A stretch of 64,000 nucleotides of DNA, taken from a virus. Taxonomy: Duplodnaviria > Caudoviricetes. The stretch is taken from IMG/VR virus record IMGVR_UViG_3300023174_003901, positions 96,001 through 160,000 of that record. One strand, written 5' to 3'. Below are positions 32,988 to 43,160 of the stretch, one piece after another; position 1 is the stretch's first letter, and the number at the start of each line of letters is the position of its first letter. Position numbers and translations under genes: made by a program. The notes beneath the pieces were generated by a model. That model was given only the letters and a program-made list of their open reading frames with translations. It ran no database searches and had not been told where the DNA came from.

Positions 32988-33514
32988 TAGATTACTGAAT
33001 CCTCACGATAGTCATCCCACGATGTAAATGTTCTTCGACTCATTAGACTGTGGAGACTGTGACACCAAACTCCAGGATTGGTAGCATCAAAGTCCTTGTC
33101 ATCTATTTTTAACATTGTATTATAATTCCACAGTTTTGTATAGGGTAGACTTACCCGAATCTGCGGAACAAAGTTTCTGTAGTCGCAAAGTGGGCCATCA
33201 TGAAACTCGTCCACGTGAGTAATTGGAATGTCCAGACTACACAAGTGACCGTCACGTAGAAATGGTTCAATCATGCTTTCCCATCGTTGCCATTCCAGTC
33301 TGTTGCTAGGATGAAAACTGTGATTGGCACCAAAGAAGATGTGTTTGATATGTTTGGTGTTGTCTGTGTGTGAATTGTGTTCGGCTAGTAGTCGAACAAT
33401 TTCGAGTACAGGTTGCCATCCCACAACAAACAAAGTGTGTCGGCCAAATGCAGGGGTGCGTTCTACTTCTGTTCCTACAAAAAAGTTTACGTCTTTGTGT
33501 CCGTTTCGATTCAT
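32987..33514 (-). CDS. hypothetical protein directly downstream of dpdA
   Basis: 175 aa, ATGA overlap. Confidence 0.75.
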   Translation of the reverse strand: MNRNGHKDVNFFVGTEVERTPAFGRHTLFVVGWQPVLEIVRLLAEHNSHTDNTKHIKHIFFGANHSFHPSNRLEWQRWESMIEPFLRDGHLCSLDIPITHVDEFHDGPLCDYRNFVPQIRVSLPYTKLWNYNTMLKIDDKDFDATNPGVWCHSLHSLMSRRTFTSWDDYREDSVI

Positions 33515-35088
33515 TTCTTTTGGTCCTGTTCCAGTTGATCCAATGCTGATGTGTCTAATTCTACACTATCATCGTCGGTTTCTGCAACCTCAACTTCTTC
33601 GAAAAACGTATTAAATTGCGGTCTTGCACTGATGGTCTTGTCACCTTTGAATCCTCTAGTGCCCACAATGTCCATCCAATATCTTGAGTAATGTTTGATA
33701 ATGGCTTCGGATTCCTCACGATCTGGTGTGGCAAATATGGCATCCACAATGTCCTTGAAGTGTGCATGGTCTCCAGTACGACCTTTGGTACCTTGGTTCC
33801 ACATCATAGCCGGCCACGAACCTGAATCGTATGTGCGATTGGCACGTTGAACTGATTCTAAATGTGTCCAAACATTGTGACCCATAAGCAAAGCATAACT
33901 AAAACTATCCCAACTTGTCTTGCCTTCTTTGCCAATCTTGTTTAGGTCACCTGGTTTGTAAATACAGATGTCTTTCATCTGTAGGTGTTGGCTAATTGGT
34001 GACTCATCAAAGTGACCAATCAATCCATCTGCTACCACTGCCTGTCCATATGGACGAGTATCTGCGGCATACTTCTTGTCATCCACAATAGGACTCATAC
34101 GATAGCACCACTTGTCGTTGTGTGGCAAGTCAATGTGATGATATACCTGTCCATTGGCAGTGGCAAGGAATGGACTGGCACAATCAAAGGAAATAGTAAA
34201 AGACGGATTAACGTATTTTCTAACTGCTCTTTGGATCACAGTGAGTAGCACAGCCCATTCCAACTTTGATGTGCCCAAGAAGTGCATCCAATCGTGTAAA
34301 CCTTCTTGTAGCAAACCGTCATGACGTAGTGCTACCAGTCTGCGCAAAACTAAATCAACGTCACACATGTTTTGACCACCCATGCCCCAGCCATCAAAGT
34401 GACGACCTGGATACTTGGCAGGATCGCAGTAGCCTTTCATAAGTTCATACCATGCATCTGCGTTGGGATGATTGTCACCTTGCAACACATTCAAGAACTT
34501 GGCACCACCGTTATCTTTGCCTTTACGGTGCTTGATAAAGTATTCGTTGTTGTACTTGGTGGCCGCAACTGCTTGGTCCAAGGTTTTAATTTGGCAAGCA
34601 TCTGACGCTTTCTTGTCATGAATAACCCAGGTAGGAATATCGAGCCCCATGCCATATGTGCTGATTGAGTCTAACCAAGTCAACACTTGTGAACGTTTCT
34701 TTTGTGCTTTGGCACAACCCGAATTGGCCTTCCAGTCACCTTCCCACAGGCCCTTGGCAATCTGGAAACCACCTGAGTCGCCTAGCATGATGGTATTGGG
34801 GTCTCGATTGCGAACCATGTCCTCTGACCAGTCTTGTTTGGTCAAATCTAAGTTGGCATGACCACCTGAGTATAGACTCCACTTGTAAGGGAACAGGCCC
34901 TTCTGCGAATTAAGCCAGTTCATCATTTCCATGTCCTGCATGCCTGCTGGCAATCTAGAAGGATCCACATAAGGACCATTCACAGGATCACGTTGCTTGC
35001 CTACAAAAGTAGCATAGAAGCCAGAGATGGCTGGTAAGAACACAGCATAGTCTAGTTGTTTGGCAGTTAAATTGTCTTGTTCACTCAT
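33511..35088 (-). CDS. dpdA: TGT-superfamily transglycosylase, DpdA-like
   Basis: LGDSGGFQ, LDIP, VLQG, GMGG, HFLG, SFDCASP; lacks the C-terminal CxCxxC of tRNA-acting TGT; sits with folE/queD/queE. Confidence 0.8.
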   Translation of the reverse strand: MSEQDNLTAKQLDYAVFLPAISGFYATFVGKQRDPVNGPYVDPSRLPAGMQDMEMMNWLNSQKGLFPYKWSLYSGGHANLDLTKQDWSEDMVRNRDPNTIMLGDSGGFQIAKGLWEGDWKANSGCAKAQKKRSQVLTWLDSISTYGMGLDIPTWVIHDKKASDACQIKTLDQAVAATKYNNEYFIKHRKGKDNGGAKFLNVLQGDNHPNADAWYELMKGYCDPAKYPGRHFDGWGMGGQNMCDVDLVLRRLVALRHDGLLQEGLHDWMHFLGTSKLEWAVLLTVIQRAVRKYVNPSFTISFDCASPFLATANGQVYHHIDLPHNDKWCYRMSPIVDDKKYAADTRPYGQAVVADGLIGHFDESPISQHLQMKDICIYKPGDLNKIGKEGKTSWDSFSYALLMGHNVWTHLESVQRANRTYDSGSWPAMMWNQGTKGRTGDHAHFKDIVDAIFATPDREESEAIIKHYSRYWMDIVGTRGFKGDKTISARPQFNTFFEEVEVAETDDDSVELDTSALDQLEQDQKK

Positions 35089-35762
35089 TGGTTGAATACC
35101 TGTTTTATTATTTCATAATCGCGAGCATAGGCTTTTTGTACTCGCTCACACAGTTCGGGTCTGGTATTTAGACGATGTTGCAAAAATTCATGAAGTTTTT
35201 TTGTGTCTGGATTGTCATTACCATCGTTGCGATCAAGATTTATTATTAAGTCAAGTCCTAACCCGGATGCAAAATTAGCATCAAAATCTTTGTCAAGCAT
35301 AAAATAACGTCTTGTAAGACCAGGCTTTATATGTTCATAAAAATCATGTTGAGGCCACACATGATCATCAAATCTAAACACATTGTCAAATATCAATCGT
35401 TCAGTAGTTTGATTGTAACAACTAATAAAATCATCAGCAGTCATACTATAATCTTCTGCCCCTTCGAGCATGCCCGGAAACACAGGACCATTGGGTCCTA
35501 CCGGACACAACACATAAGTTTTGAGATATTGACTCATACCACTAACCCATCTTGTCAACGGGTCTCTCAGGATCACAACTATCTCTTTCAAATCAAGCCA
35601 GGTGTCATTGGTTACCACAGCAGTCTTCCACTTGAATCTAGTGGTCCAATCTAGCACATAACTACTGGCATTTTTTGGTATATTAACAATGAATTTAGTA
35701 TTGTCAGGACTTATCATTCCTGAACACTCACCAAAACCTCGATTTGATAATGCTAGGTTCAC
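35085..35762 (-). CDS. sulfotransferase family-like protein
   Basis: VNIPKNASS, ILRDPLTRWVSG, HVWPQ. Confidence 0.7.
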   Translation of the reverse strand: MNLALSNRGFGECSGMISPDNTKFIVNIPKNASSYVLDWTTRFKWKTAVVTNDTWLDLKEIVVILRDPLTRWVSGMSQYLKTYVLCPVGPNGPVFPGMLEGAEDYSMTADDFISCYNQTTERLIFDNVFRFDDHVWPQHDFYEHIKPGLTRRYFMLDKDFDANFASGLGLDLIINLDRNDGNDNPDTKKLHEFLQHRLNTRPELCERVQKAYARDYEIIKQVFNQ

Positions 35763-36481
35763 TTGCTTTGTGCTGGAAGAATATAGTTGTAAACAGCCAA
35801 GCCAGAATCCACTGTGATCTGCATGGCACCGTCATCACTGATACGCATGGTCTTGTCCCCAACCAGCCCCATGATGCTCAATACCTGTGCCACCGGCCAT
35901 GCCCAAGCACGTTTGAGTTGTCCTGCAACTCCTGGCTGGAACACAAAATTGCCTGCGTGTGTAGAATGGTCTCCAAAGAAAAACTTTAGATCTCCATTTT
36001 CTGTTTTGGCAGTGAATGTGGTCTCTTCGGCATTGGCCTGTGCCTGCATACGTAATCGTTGAATAGCCGCCACAGTGGGTTCGAACTCAATATGCCATGT
36101 AGGTGCCTTAAACTTGAGTGTCTTGAGTTTCTCACTCACAATCTCTGCGGCCATAAATCTGTAACTATTTTTAAAGTCACCGTCAGCATTTTCAAAGTTC
36201 AGGCCATCAGGAGCACCTGTGGACTTCTTGCTCAACGCAATCTTGGCATTCTCTTTGTACTCTTGCAAGTTCAACAAGATTTTGAGTTTGGTCAAATTAG
36301 GCATGCCAAATGTACCTGCAAAGTCTGCCACTGGGTTATGGAATCGGGCTTCAACTACCACACTCTTGTCTTCGGCTAGTCCGTTAATAGCAGTTGTAGC
36401 GTCGTCGCCGTTGATCTTGATCAAATCGATACAGCCAAGATCGTGTGTGTGTTGTACTAGGTCTAATAAATGGTCTCTCAT
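35759..36481 (-). CDS. probable DNA polymerase sliding clamp
   Basis: 240 aa, two-domain alpha/beta pattern, YILPAQ C-terminus, near polB; inferred from size and position. Confidence 0.5.
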   Translation of the reverse strand: MRDHLLDLVQHTHDLGCIDLIKINGDDATTAINGLAEDKSVVVEARFHNPVADFAGTFGMPNLTKLKILLNLQEYKENAKIALSKKSTGAPDGLNFENADGDFKNSYRFMAAEIVSEKLKTLKFKAPTWHIEFEPTVAAIQRLRMQAQANAEETTFTAKTENGDLKFFFGDHSTHAGNFVFQPGVAGQLKRAWAWPVAQVLSIMGLVGDKTMRISDDGAMQITVDSGLAVYNYILPAQSK

Positions 36482-37647
36482 GATTGCTTCCTTTGGTTAA
36501 ATAATTCCGTTATCATCTGCTCAGTTAGTGGTTGAGGATGTATGCTCTGTTCAATAGAGCGTCTTAGTTTTTTTGCTGAGTATTGTCCTTTGGTGACGCA
36601 TTGTTTTAGGTCAATACCTAATCGTTGGGCAATGTTCAACAATATATTCAATTCATTGTACACAGAGTCTGGCGGGTTGTCAATGACATTGGTAATGTTT
36701 GATGCAGTAGATCTTTGGTGTATGGCTGCTAGGGTTTGCCCTCCGCGTATGCTAGACCAATTACCGGGGCGCCGAAGTTCCATCCAACTGTTATTTGAAT
36801 CATCGTCTAGATCGAACACTGTTTCATATCCTAGGGCTTGTGCATATGCTCGAACCAGTCGTCCAGGTGTATAACAACCAAAACAATGTTCAACTGCACC
36901 TACTCGTCTGGCAAGATCACAGTTGTTATAGGTGAACGCTAATACACCACCTGGCCTCAGCAGTTCAAAGCATTCCCTGAGATACTGTTGTAGCACCGGC
37001 CAAGGTCGATAATTGAAAAAATGAAATGCATAGATCAACCCAAACTGCCCAGCAGGCAAATTGATAAACGTGGGTTGATTATTGTATTCTTCAATCACAT
37101 AATGTCGTAGCCTGCGTTGATATTCAGGAGTAAACCACGACTCGGTGAGTTCTAACAATTGGTCACTGGTATCTACAAAGTACATGGGATCGCAAGCCAC
37201 AAGATCTTCTACGTACTTGGCATGGGCCGGACGTATAACCATACCTGGATGTTGCCAACTGGTATATATTTTGAGTCGCTGTTGAATTATCACGGCAGTC
37301 ACAGGATCTACGCCTATACGCCGATCTCGAATATGATCAGCCGAATCATTGCGATAACCGGTGTTGTAGAGGTCTAAACTGTTTTGAAAATACTCTGGTT
37401 CCTGTTGTTCTATTAGATTTTGAACAGACAACTTTAGTTGAGTAAACTGTTTTTCAAACTGCTCAACTGCTTGAGATACTTGTTCACGTGCTCGGTTCAT
37501 CTGATCCACAGCATTAGGAATCTGTATACTACTAACTTCGGCAACATTTATTATGCTCGAAATTTCATCCAGCAATTCTTGAGCCGTAGGTCTACTGCTA
37601 AGGGTATCTAATAAATTCTTATAACTGACTATGTCGCTGAGTTTCAT
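36478..37647 (-). CDS. class I methyltransferase-domain protein with N-terminal coiled coil
   Basis: GQFGLIYAFHFFNY, LLRPGGVLAFTYN. Confidence 0.7.
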   Translation of the reverse strand: MKLSDIVSYKNLLDTLSSRPTAQELLDEISSIINVAEVSSIQIPNAVDQMNRAREQVSQAVEQFEKQFTQLKLSVQNLIEQQEPEYFQNSLDLYNTGYRNDSADHIRDRRIGVDPVTAVIIQQRLKIYTSWQHPGMVIRPAHAKYVEDLVACDPMYFVDTSDQLLELTESWFTPEYQRRLRHYVIEEYNNQPTFINLPAGQFGLIYAFHFFNYRPWPVLQQYLRECFELLRPGGVLAFTYNNCDLARRVGAVEHCFGCYTPGRLVRAYAQALGYETVFDLDDDSNNSWMELRRPGNWSSIRGGQTLAAIHQRSTASNITNVIDNPPDSVYNELNILLNIAQRLGIDLKQCVTKGQYSAKKLRRSIEQSIHPQPLTEQMITELFNQRKQS

Positions 37648-40304
37648 TCAAATTCAAACAAATTAGTAAATGTGTTTTCTGTGTTGGTTGCTGATGCTAA
37701 TTCCCAGTCCAATACACCAAGCAAATTGTCGACCTTTTGATCCACAACCGTTGCTTCCATAAGTCCATCATCAAATGGCAATTCGGTAAACCAAGTGGGC
37801 AAACGTTGTTCATCCGTAGGATAACCGATTGACGTCCATCCAAGTGCATTTGACTTGAGTTTACACACAATAGTTTTCATACCATCTACAATTTGCATAC
37901 TATAGTTGTCCCCGTTCATTCTACGCATTTGGTTCCAGTTCATTGCGGCTCGCACATGCCCTGGCATGTTGGCTTTGCCAAGCCTGGCTTCTTCTGCCGC
38001 ATACTTGGTCAAATTGTTCACACGTTTGGGTGAACCTTTCTCCCAACCTGGACGCTCCATGAACTCGTATTTGAATTCACGGATACGTTCCACAATGTCA
38101 TCCTTACCTGCACCAGACAGTAGTTTATTTAGAATTTCTAACAAGAACTCTTGAATTACTTTGGGGGTGTCACTGCGTTTTAAGTCAAGTCCTGTGGCCT
38201 TGGTTTTACCAATTGACCCATTTACATCTAATCGCTTGCCTTCAATGTCAATGGCATTTACAGCATAACGCTTCTTGGTAATAAACAAACCACGATCTGC
38301 TACAGTTTCACGACCACACTTGATCAATTCACCCATGTCACGGGGACAATGAAACGCCTGTTCCATAAAGCCAGGGAAACTCGAGTTGACCTGTTCAGCA
38401 AGGCTGTCGTACAGTTGAATACAAGTTTCTTTCGACCATGCCATCCTACCTTCTTCAACTTCTTTCTTGAGTACCGGCCACGCGGAGAAATAACACGAGT
38501 CTGTGTCACCATATATAACTGCTTGGCCCACATGGTCGTATTCGCCTGTGATACACTCATTAAGATGAGCGTCCATGTGCCGGGCAATTGAACGACCAGT
38601 AAGTGTTGTTGACTGTCCAATACGTTTGTCAAAGAACCTACAACCCGGGTTAAGAATAGCCCCGTATAAACTGTTGAGGTTAATCTTTTTAACCAGTTGT
38701 CGTTTGTCCCAGAAAGCAATTTCTTTGGCATCTTTTGCGTCTTTCTTCTTGGCTTGTAAGTCTTTGCGCTCACTGTACCAACGTTTTAGTAGTCCAGGAA
38801 TGATACCTTCCTTATCGTAAGTGAAGATAGTTCCATTGGCACTGAGTATCCAAGGTTGATTAGAGTCAAACATCATATGCCATATTTCAGCACCTGAATG
38901 CACAGTCTCCTCACCTGACTGCCAATCTATAGTAATCTCTGTACCACGCTCTTGATTCAATACTGAGGTATATTCTAAACTAGCAAACACGCCTTCCCAT
39001 GCGGCCGCAAAACTTTGTCCTTTGGCCATGTTGTCCTTGATCAGTCGATCAGTCATCACAGGACGCAGTTGTCCTACAATGGTTTCTGGCCCCATGTTGA
39101 GCGCACGAATAGCCGAGGGATAGAGACTGTTGATGTCAACTGATCCAATCCATTCGTGGACACCTTTCTTGGGATAAGCAACATAGGCACCTGCCGCCTG
39201 TGTGTCTTCGTCTGTGAGTCTTTGTTTGCGGTTGGGCACAACCATTCCACGTTCATGTGCTTCATTGATAATTGCCTGTTCAGTTACAGCCACCGCTCCC
39301 ATTGTGGTTTGCAGTAGCACGGTATTGGCGTGAGCCAATTCATTGGCCAATTCCAAGAAGCGTAACTTCTTGTCCATCTTGGCGATAAGCATAGTATCTT
39401 GACGATTATACTCAATAAACGTCCGGAAATGTTGGTTGTATAAACTATCCAGTGTGCCTTCAAACTGTGTCTTGCGTTCGCCCAGTTCGTATTCAGAGAT
39501 GGCATCTAAACTGTATGAGTGGCGTTCTTCATAGGTGTACTTGCGATACAGTTGCATATAGTCCATATGCACCCGACCAATCAAGTCGTATGTTTCATTT
39601 TCAGCACCAAAGCGTTCAAACATACGCTTCTTGGGCAATTGGTTCCATAAACAAAAACGACGTGTGTCATCTTTTGATAACACTCGTGTGGCTCTGTTGA
39701 TGGTGTAGGGAATGTCATAGCCTTCTGAGTTCCAACCCGTTAGGATGTCCGCATCTTCAATCAAGTCCAGGAATGTCTTGATCATTTCTGACTCTTGTTC
39801 AAACAAGATGGTGTTCTCAAAGTCGGCCACAAGATCCTGTGCTGTGGCCCAGGTCATGCTCCGGGGCGGCACCGCAAGTGTTACTAACTGATCTAACCAG
39901 TCGAGATAGACTGAAATTGCAGTAATGGGATTAAAAGGGTCTGATACAGGTGAGAAGCCGCGGTCTTTATCAAAAGCCACCTCAATGTCAAAAAACGCTG
40001 TGTGAAGTTCAGGCGCATCTTGGTCTTTGTAGTTTTCTTCAAGGCATCTGAAGATGGGATTGATGTCGCTTTCATACAGCGGTTTATGGCTGTGAACGCG
40101 GACCTCCTTGCGAAACTCTTTGTTGTTTCTTGTACTAAATCTTGATACGGGTGTGCCATAGATACTTTGAAATTTACCTCGGGAGTCATCATAATAGAAA
40201 ATATAATTTGCTGGGTATTCCCGATACACTCGTTCGCCATTGCGACGTTCTACAATGTGAATACGATCGTGCTCACGATCAAATAGTGCGTCAATGTAAC
40301 TCAT
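37644..40304 (-). CDS. family B DNA polymerase
   Basis: FFDIEV, GWNSEGYDIPY, DINSLYPS, KINLNSLYG, YGDTDS, KKRY. Confidence 0.97.
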   Translation of the reverse strand: MSYIDALFDREHDRIHIVERRNGERVYREYPANYIFYYDDSRGKFQSIYGTPVSRFSTRNNKEFRKEVRVHSHKPLYESDINPIFRCLEENYKDQDAPELHTAFFDIEVAFDKDRGFSPVSDPFNPITAISVYLDWLDQLVTLAVPPRSMTWATAQDLVADFENTILFEQESEMIKTFLDLIEDADILTGWNSEGYDIPYTINRATRVLSKDDTRRFCLWNQLPKKRMFERFGAENETYDLIGRVHMDYMQLYRKYTYEERHSYSLDAISEYELGERKTQFEGTLDSLYNQHFRTFIEYNRQDTMLIAKMDKKLRFLELANELAHANTVLLQTTMGAVAVTEQAIINEAHERGMVVPNRKQRLTDEDTQAAGAYVAYPKKGVHEWIGSVDINSLYPSAIRALNMGPETIVGQLRPVMTDRLIKDNMAKGQSFAAAWEGVFASLEYTSVLNQERGTEITIDWQSGEETVHSGAEIWHMMFDSNQPWILSANGTIFTYDKEGIIPGLLKRWYSERKDLQAKKKDAKDAKEIAFWDKRQLVKKINLNSLYGAILNPGCRFFDKRIGQSTTLTGRSIARHMDAHLNECITGEYDHVGQAVIYGDTDSCYFSAWPVLKKEVEEGRMAWSKETCIQLYDSLAEQVNSSFPGFMEQAFHCPRDMGELIKCGRETVADRGLFITKKRYAVNAIDIEGKRLDVNGSIGKTKATGLDLKRSDTPKVIQEFLLEILNKLLSGAGKDDIVERIREFKYEFMERPGWEKGSPKRVNNLTKYAAEEARLGKANMPGHVRAAMNWNQMRRMNGDNYSMQIVDGMKTIVCKLKSNALGWTSIGYPTDEQRLPTWFTELPFDDGLMEATVVDQKVDNLLGVLDWELASATNTENTFTNLFEFE

Positions 40305-40359
40305 CTGTCTCCATTTGTGGCTGGTTGGCCATGATTCATGTTCGTCAAGTGAACGATTC

Positions 40360-40668
40360 TCAATTGCTTTGTATCAGCAATTTAATCAGCCCTGCGCTGT
40401 CAATAATACTTAGTATCAAGTAGTTGCCTAGGATACCAAAACTGCCTCGCGTGTAAGCACACCAGGCCATGATCAGACATCCTGTGATGAATGCCGCATA
40501 CAAGGGTATGAATGGCAAGTTGGGCACTGTGATAGCATAGGTTAGACTACAGCCGATGCTTATGACCCAACCCAACATCTCCAGGCAGAAACGCAGGGGA
40601 TATTCGCGGTAGTCGGCTCGAACATAGTCCGCAACTGAACTGCGCCATTCTCGAAATGTTTGACTCAA
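40360..40668 (-). CDS. small membrane protein
   Basis: Three hydrophobic segments. Confidence 0.7.
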   Translation of the reverse strand: MSQTFREWRSSVADYVRADYREYPLRFCLEMLGWVISIGCSLTYAITVPNLPFIPLYAAFITGCLIMAWCAYTRGSFGILGNYLILSIIDSAGLIKLLIQSN

Positions 40669-40931
40669 AGTGTTTTACCAACAGTTTCCAAGATGGTGTT
40701 GAGTTCGTCGTGATCTCGATTGGTCTCGCCCAATTTGGCCTTGTGTGCAATCTTGATTGCTTTCTTTAAGGTAGCAGGTTTGATTTCTAATTCTTCAGCA
40801 ATGGCCTTGATGGTGTCATTGAGGCCTTCGTTTAGGGTATCAACTTCGTGTAGCACCTGCATGCCTTCGTTGATCAGTTGTGTGAGTTTGGCTTTGGCTT
40901 CGCCATTGAAAGTGCGGTTATAATCGCTCAT
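40665..40931 (-). CDS. small helical DNA-binding-like protein (T4 DsbA/GapR-like)
   Basis: SD AAGGAG, MSDYNRTF; promoter TTGCTT-N17-TATAAT 40951-40979; size and pattern resemble DsbA-like proteins. Confidence 0.5.
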   Translation of the reverse strand: MSDYNRTFNGEAKAKLTQLINEGMQVLHEVDTLNEGLNDTIKAIAEELEIKPATLKKAIKIAHKAKLGETNRDHDELNTILETVGKTL

Positions 40932-40998
40932 AAGTTCTCCTTGATCATGTATTATACATTGATGTGTTAACGAAAGCAATGGGTTTGGTAAAGAAAAA

Positions 40999-41084
40999 TG
41001 CTCACTTATGGGTTCCAGTAGCGAATTGGATGACCAAGGCAGCAGCCGCCTACCCTCGCAACTAGTGCGGTCCTAAGGGTGTTC
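40999..41084 (-). ncRNA. candidate structured RNA with possible pseudoknot
   Basis: ACCCT/AGGGT, CGCA/TGCG, GGC/GCC, TCCA/TGGA stems; loop TTCGCT complementary to 3' AGTGAG. Confidence 0.5.
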
Positions 41085-43160
41085 TTATGATTGGATGATT
41101 TGTTTCAACAACGCTAGACGGCTTTCGCGCACAGGTGCTTTTGGTTGCTGTTGTTGCTTGGCTTTTTCTTGTGCTCGGGCTTTTTCACCCACACGCTTAA
41201 CCATGTCCTGATATTTTTTACCATAGTCGGCTTCTTTAGGTGGCACGTAGTCGTCCTTGGCTTCCGGCAATACAGGATCCACATGCTTGCCTAAACGACT
41301 ACGAATGTGATCTTTTTTGTCTTGGGTAGGAATAAGTTGTTGGACTGCACGAGGTCTATCTCCAGGCTTCCAATCTTTAACTTTGTTAATTTTATATCCT
41401 CTGCCAGGTTCCAACCCAAAAGTTTCTATGTCGCTTTTTGGCAGTCGAGAGCCAATGGTCACTGGCCCGTCTTCCGCCATGCCTTGCTTAATTGGAGGCA
41501 ATCCTCTTAACTTGACATAAGCATCAAGAATATCGGATGCAAAATCTGTATCGTACATGAGCCAGTTTAATCGTTGACGACTTCCTAACTCTTGAATAGC
41601 AATGGCAAAAGCATATCGTTGCACTAAATTGTAAGAGGTAAGTTTAGGATGTTCGGCAAATACTTTTTCTGCTAAATCTTTCGCGTATTTACGGGCAAAA
41701 GAACGGCCAAAGCGTTCGCGAATTTTATCTGTTCTTTGTTGTGGAATATTGTCTTCGCCTTCGTCCACACCTTGCTCAATCACATCAACACCGGCCTTGC
41801 TCTGCGGACTCAACATGCGTGTGATGTCTCTAGCATTGGCTTGAATAATTTGCTTGCCAACTTCAACATTCTGTGGAGTAAGTTCTCTAGCCACTTTGTT
41901 AATTTTGTCAACGACAGGAAGCACTGGGCTTGGTCGAGAACCAAACATGCCTTCTTCCACGCCCTGGTCTTCAATCTGCATCGGATTCAAAGGATCATCT
42001 GTGTAAATAGTTCTTACATCGCTGCCTGCATCACTTAGTAATTCATCAATCATGTCACTTACATCAGAATTATGCTGAGCCTGGAATCCGGCACGTTCAC
42101 CTTGTGTGATATAAATCTTTGCTATTTTTGCTGCCTGATCTAGTTCAGACCTGCTGTAACCATCTTCGCCGCCAAACCTCTTGTAGTTGGCTAAAATTAC
42201 TTTGCCTATCTCCGGTCCAGGGTCTGCCTTGGGCGCCGTCTTTTTGGCAATGCTAATGATTTGATCTAAATCCTCAATTTGATTTGTATTTTCAGGTGGC
42301 CCCATGCCTTGCCACACGTCTGAAACATATCCAGGTAATCCTGTGGTCTGTAAACTCTTGTTTATATCTACAAAAAATTTATTGATTTCCTTCACAGTCT
42401 TAACAATGTTTGTTGCAAGATAGGGGTAATTATTTGATGTGTATTCCTTTGCAGTGTCAAAGAACATTTCAGTAAAGCCCTGGCTTTGCCCAGAGTCAAT
42501 TGAATCCCATCCATATTTTTTACCAATAGACATTAGTTGTTGTTCAACTTGATCGGGAGTAAATTCTATTTTACCACTGAGAAATTGGTCAGGGTCGCCG
42601 ATGTTGGTTGGTATTGGTTTGCCATTGCGGCTAACACCTTTGATTTTTTTTGACCCTTGCTCACTTGCAAAACTCACTGCTACATATCCAGTTACTGGAA
42701 CATATTTAGGAGTTGATTTTTGTATGTTGCCCATCATCTTTTGAAAACGTGGGTCGTCCGTTGGACCTTCCTCTACACCTTGCTCGTCTAGGCCACGATT
42801 GTGACGCCACTGACGAACGCTCTTGCCCCGGTCACGTGCGCTGCCTAGTTTGGGTCTTAGGTCGCCTCTTTTTTCAGTCACGTCTTGCTCGCCAAAGTCA
42901 TCTGCCAACCGATCAAACACAATTTGTTCAATGCGTTCAAAGTCATCGTCTGGATGGAGACCTGCGTCAATCACAACATCGTCATACATGTCTTGCACAT
43001 ATCGGCCAGCAGGAGTGTTGGCACTAAACAACTCATACAATGCGTCAAAGTCTTCGCGGGCCACAATGTTGCGCAGTTCCGCGTCAATTTCACTCATCAC
43101 GCCTTCAGTCATGTCTTTTTCAAACACTTGGGGTAAGTTAAAAAATTCGTTCAGTATCAT
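41085..43160 (-). CDS. modular late protein with repeated QGVEEG-type linkers
   Basis: 691 aa; EQDVTE, QGVEEG twice, QGVDEG, QGMAED. Confidence 0.8.
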   Translation of the reverse strand: MILNEFFNLPQVFEKDMTEGVMSEIDAELRNIVAREDFDALYELFSANTPAGRYVQDMYDDVVIDAGLHPDDDFERIEQIVFDRLADDFGEQDVTEKRGDLRPKLGSARDRGKSVRQWRHNRGLDEQGVEEGPTDDPRFQKMMGNIQKSTPKYVPVTGYVAVSFASEQGSKKIKGVSRNGKPIPTNIGDPDQFLSGKIEFTPDQVEQQLMSIGKKYGWDSIDSGQSQGFTEMFFDTAKEYTSNNYPYLATNIVKTVKEINKFFVDINKSLQTTGLPGYVSDVWQGMGPPENTNQIEDLDQIISIAKKTAPKADPGPEIGKVILANYKRFGGEDGYSRSELDQAAKIAKIYITQGERAGFQAQHNSDVSDMIDELLSDAGSDVRTIYTDDPLNPMQIEDQGVEEGMFGSRPSPVLPVVDKINKVARELTPQNVEVGKQIIQANARDITRMLSPQSKAGVDVIEQGVDEGEDNIPQQRTDKIRERFGRSFARKYAKDLAEKVFAEHPKLTSYNLVQRYAFAIAIQELGSRQRLNWLMYDTDFASDILDAYVKLRGLPPIKQGMAEDGPVTIGSRLPKSDIETFGLEPGRGYKINKVKDWKPGDRPRAVQQLIPTQDKKDHIRSRLGKHVDPVLPEAKDDYVPPKEADYGKKYQDMVKRVGEKARAQEKAKQQQQPKAPVRESRLALLKQIIQS

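Noticed and set aside
37644-40304. Intein or intron in the DNA polymerase
   Set aside because: At 886 aa with normally spaced motifs, no insertion is evident.
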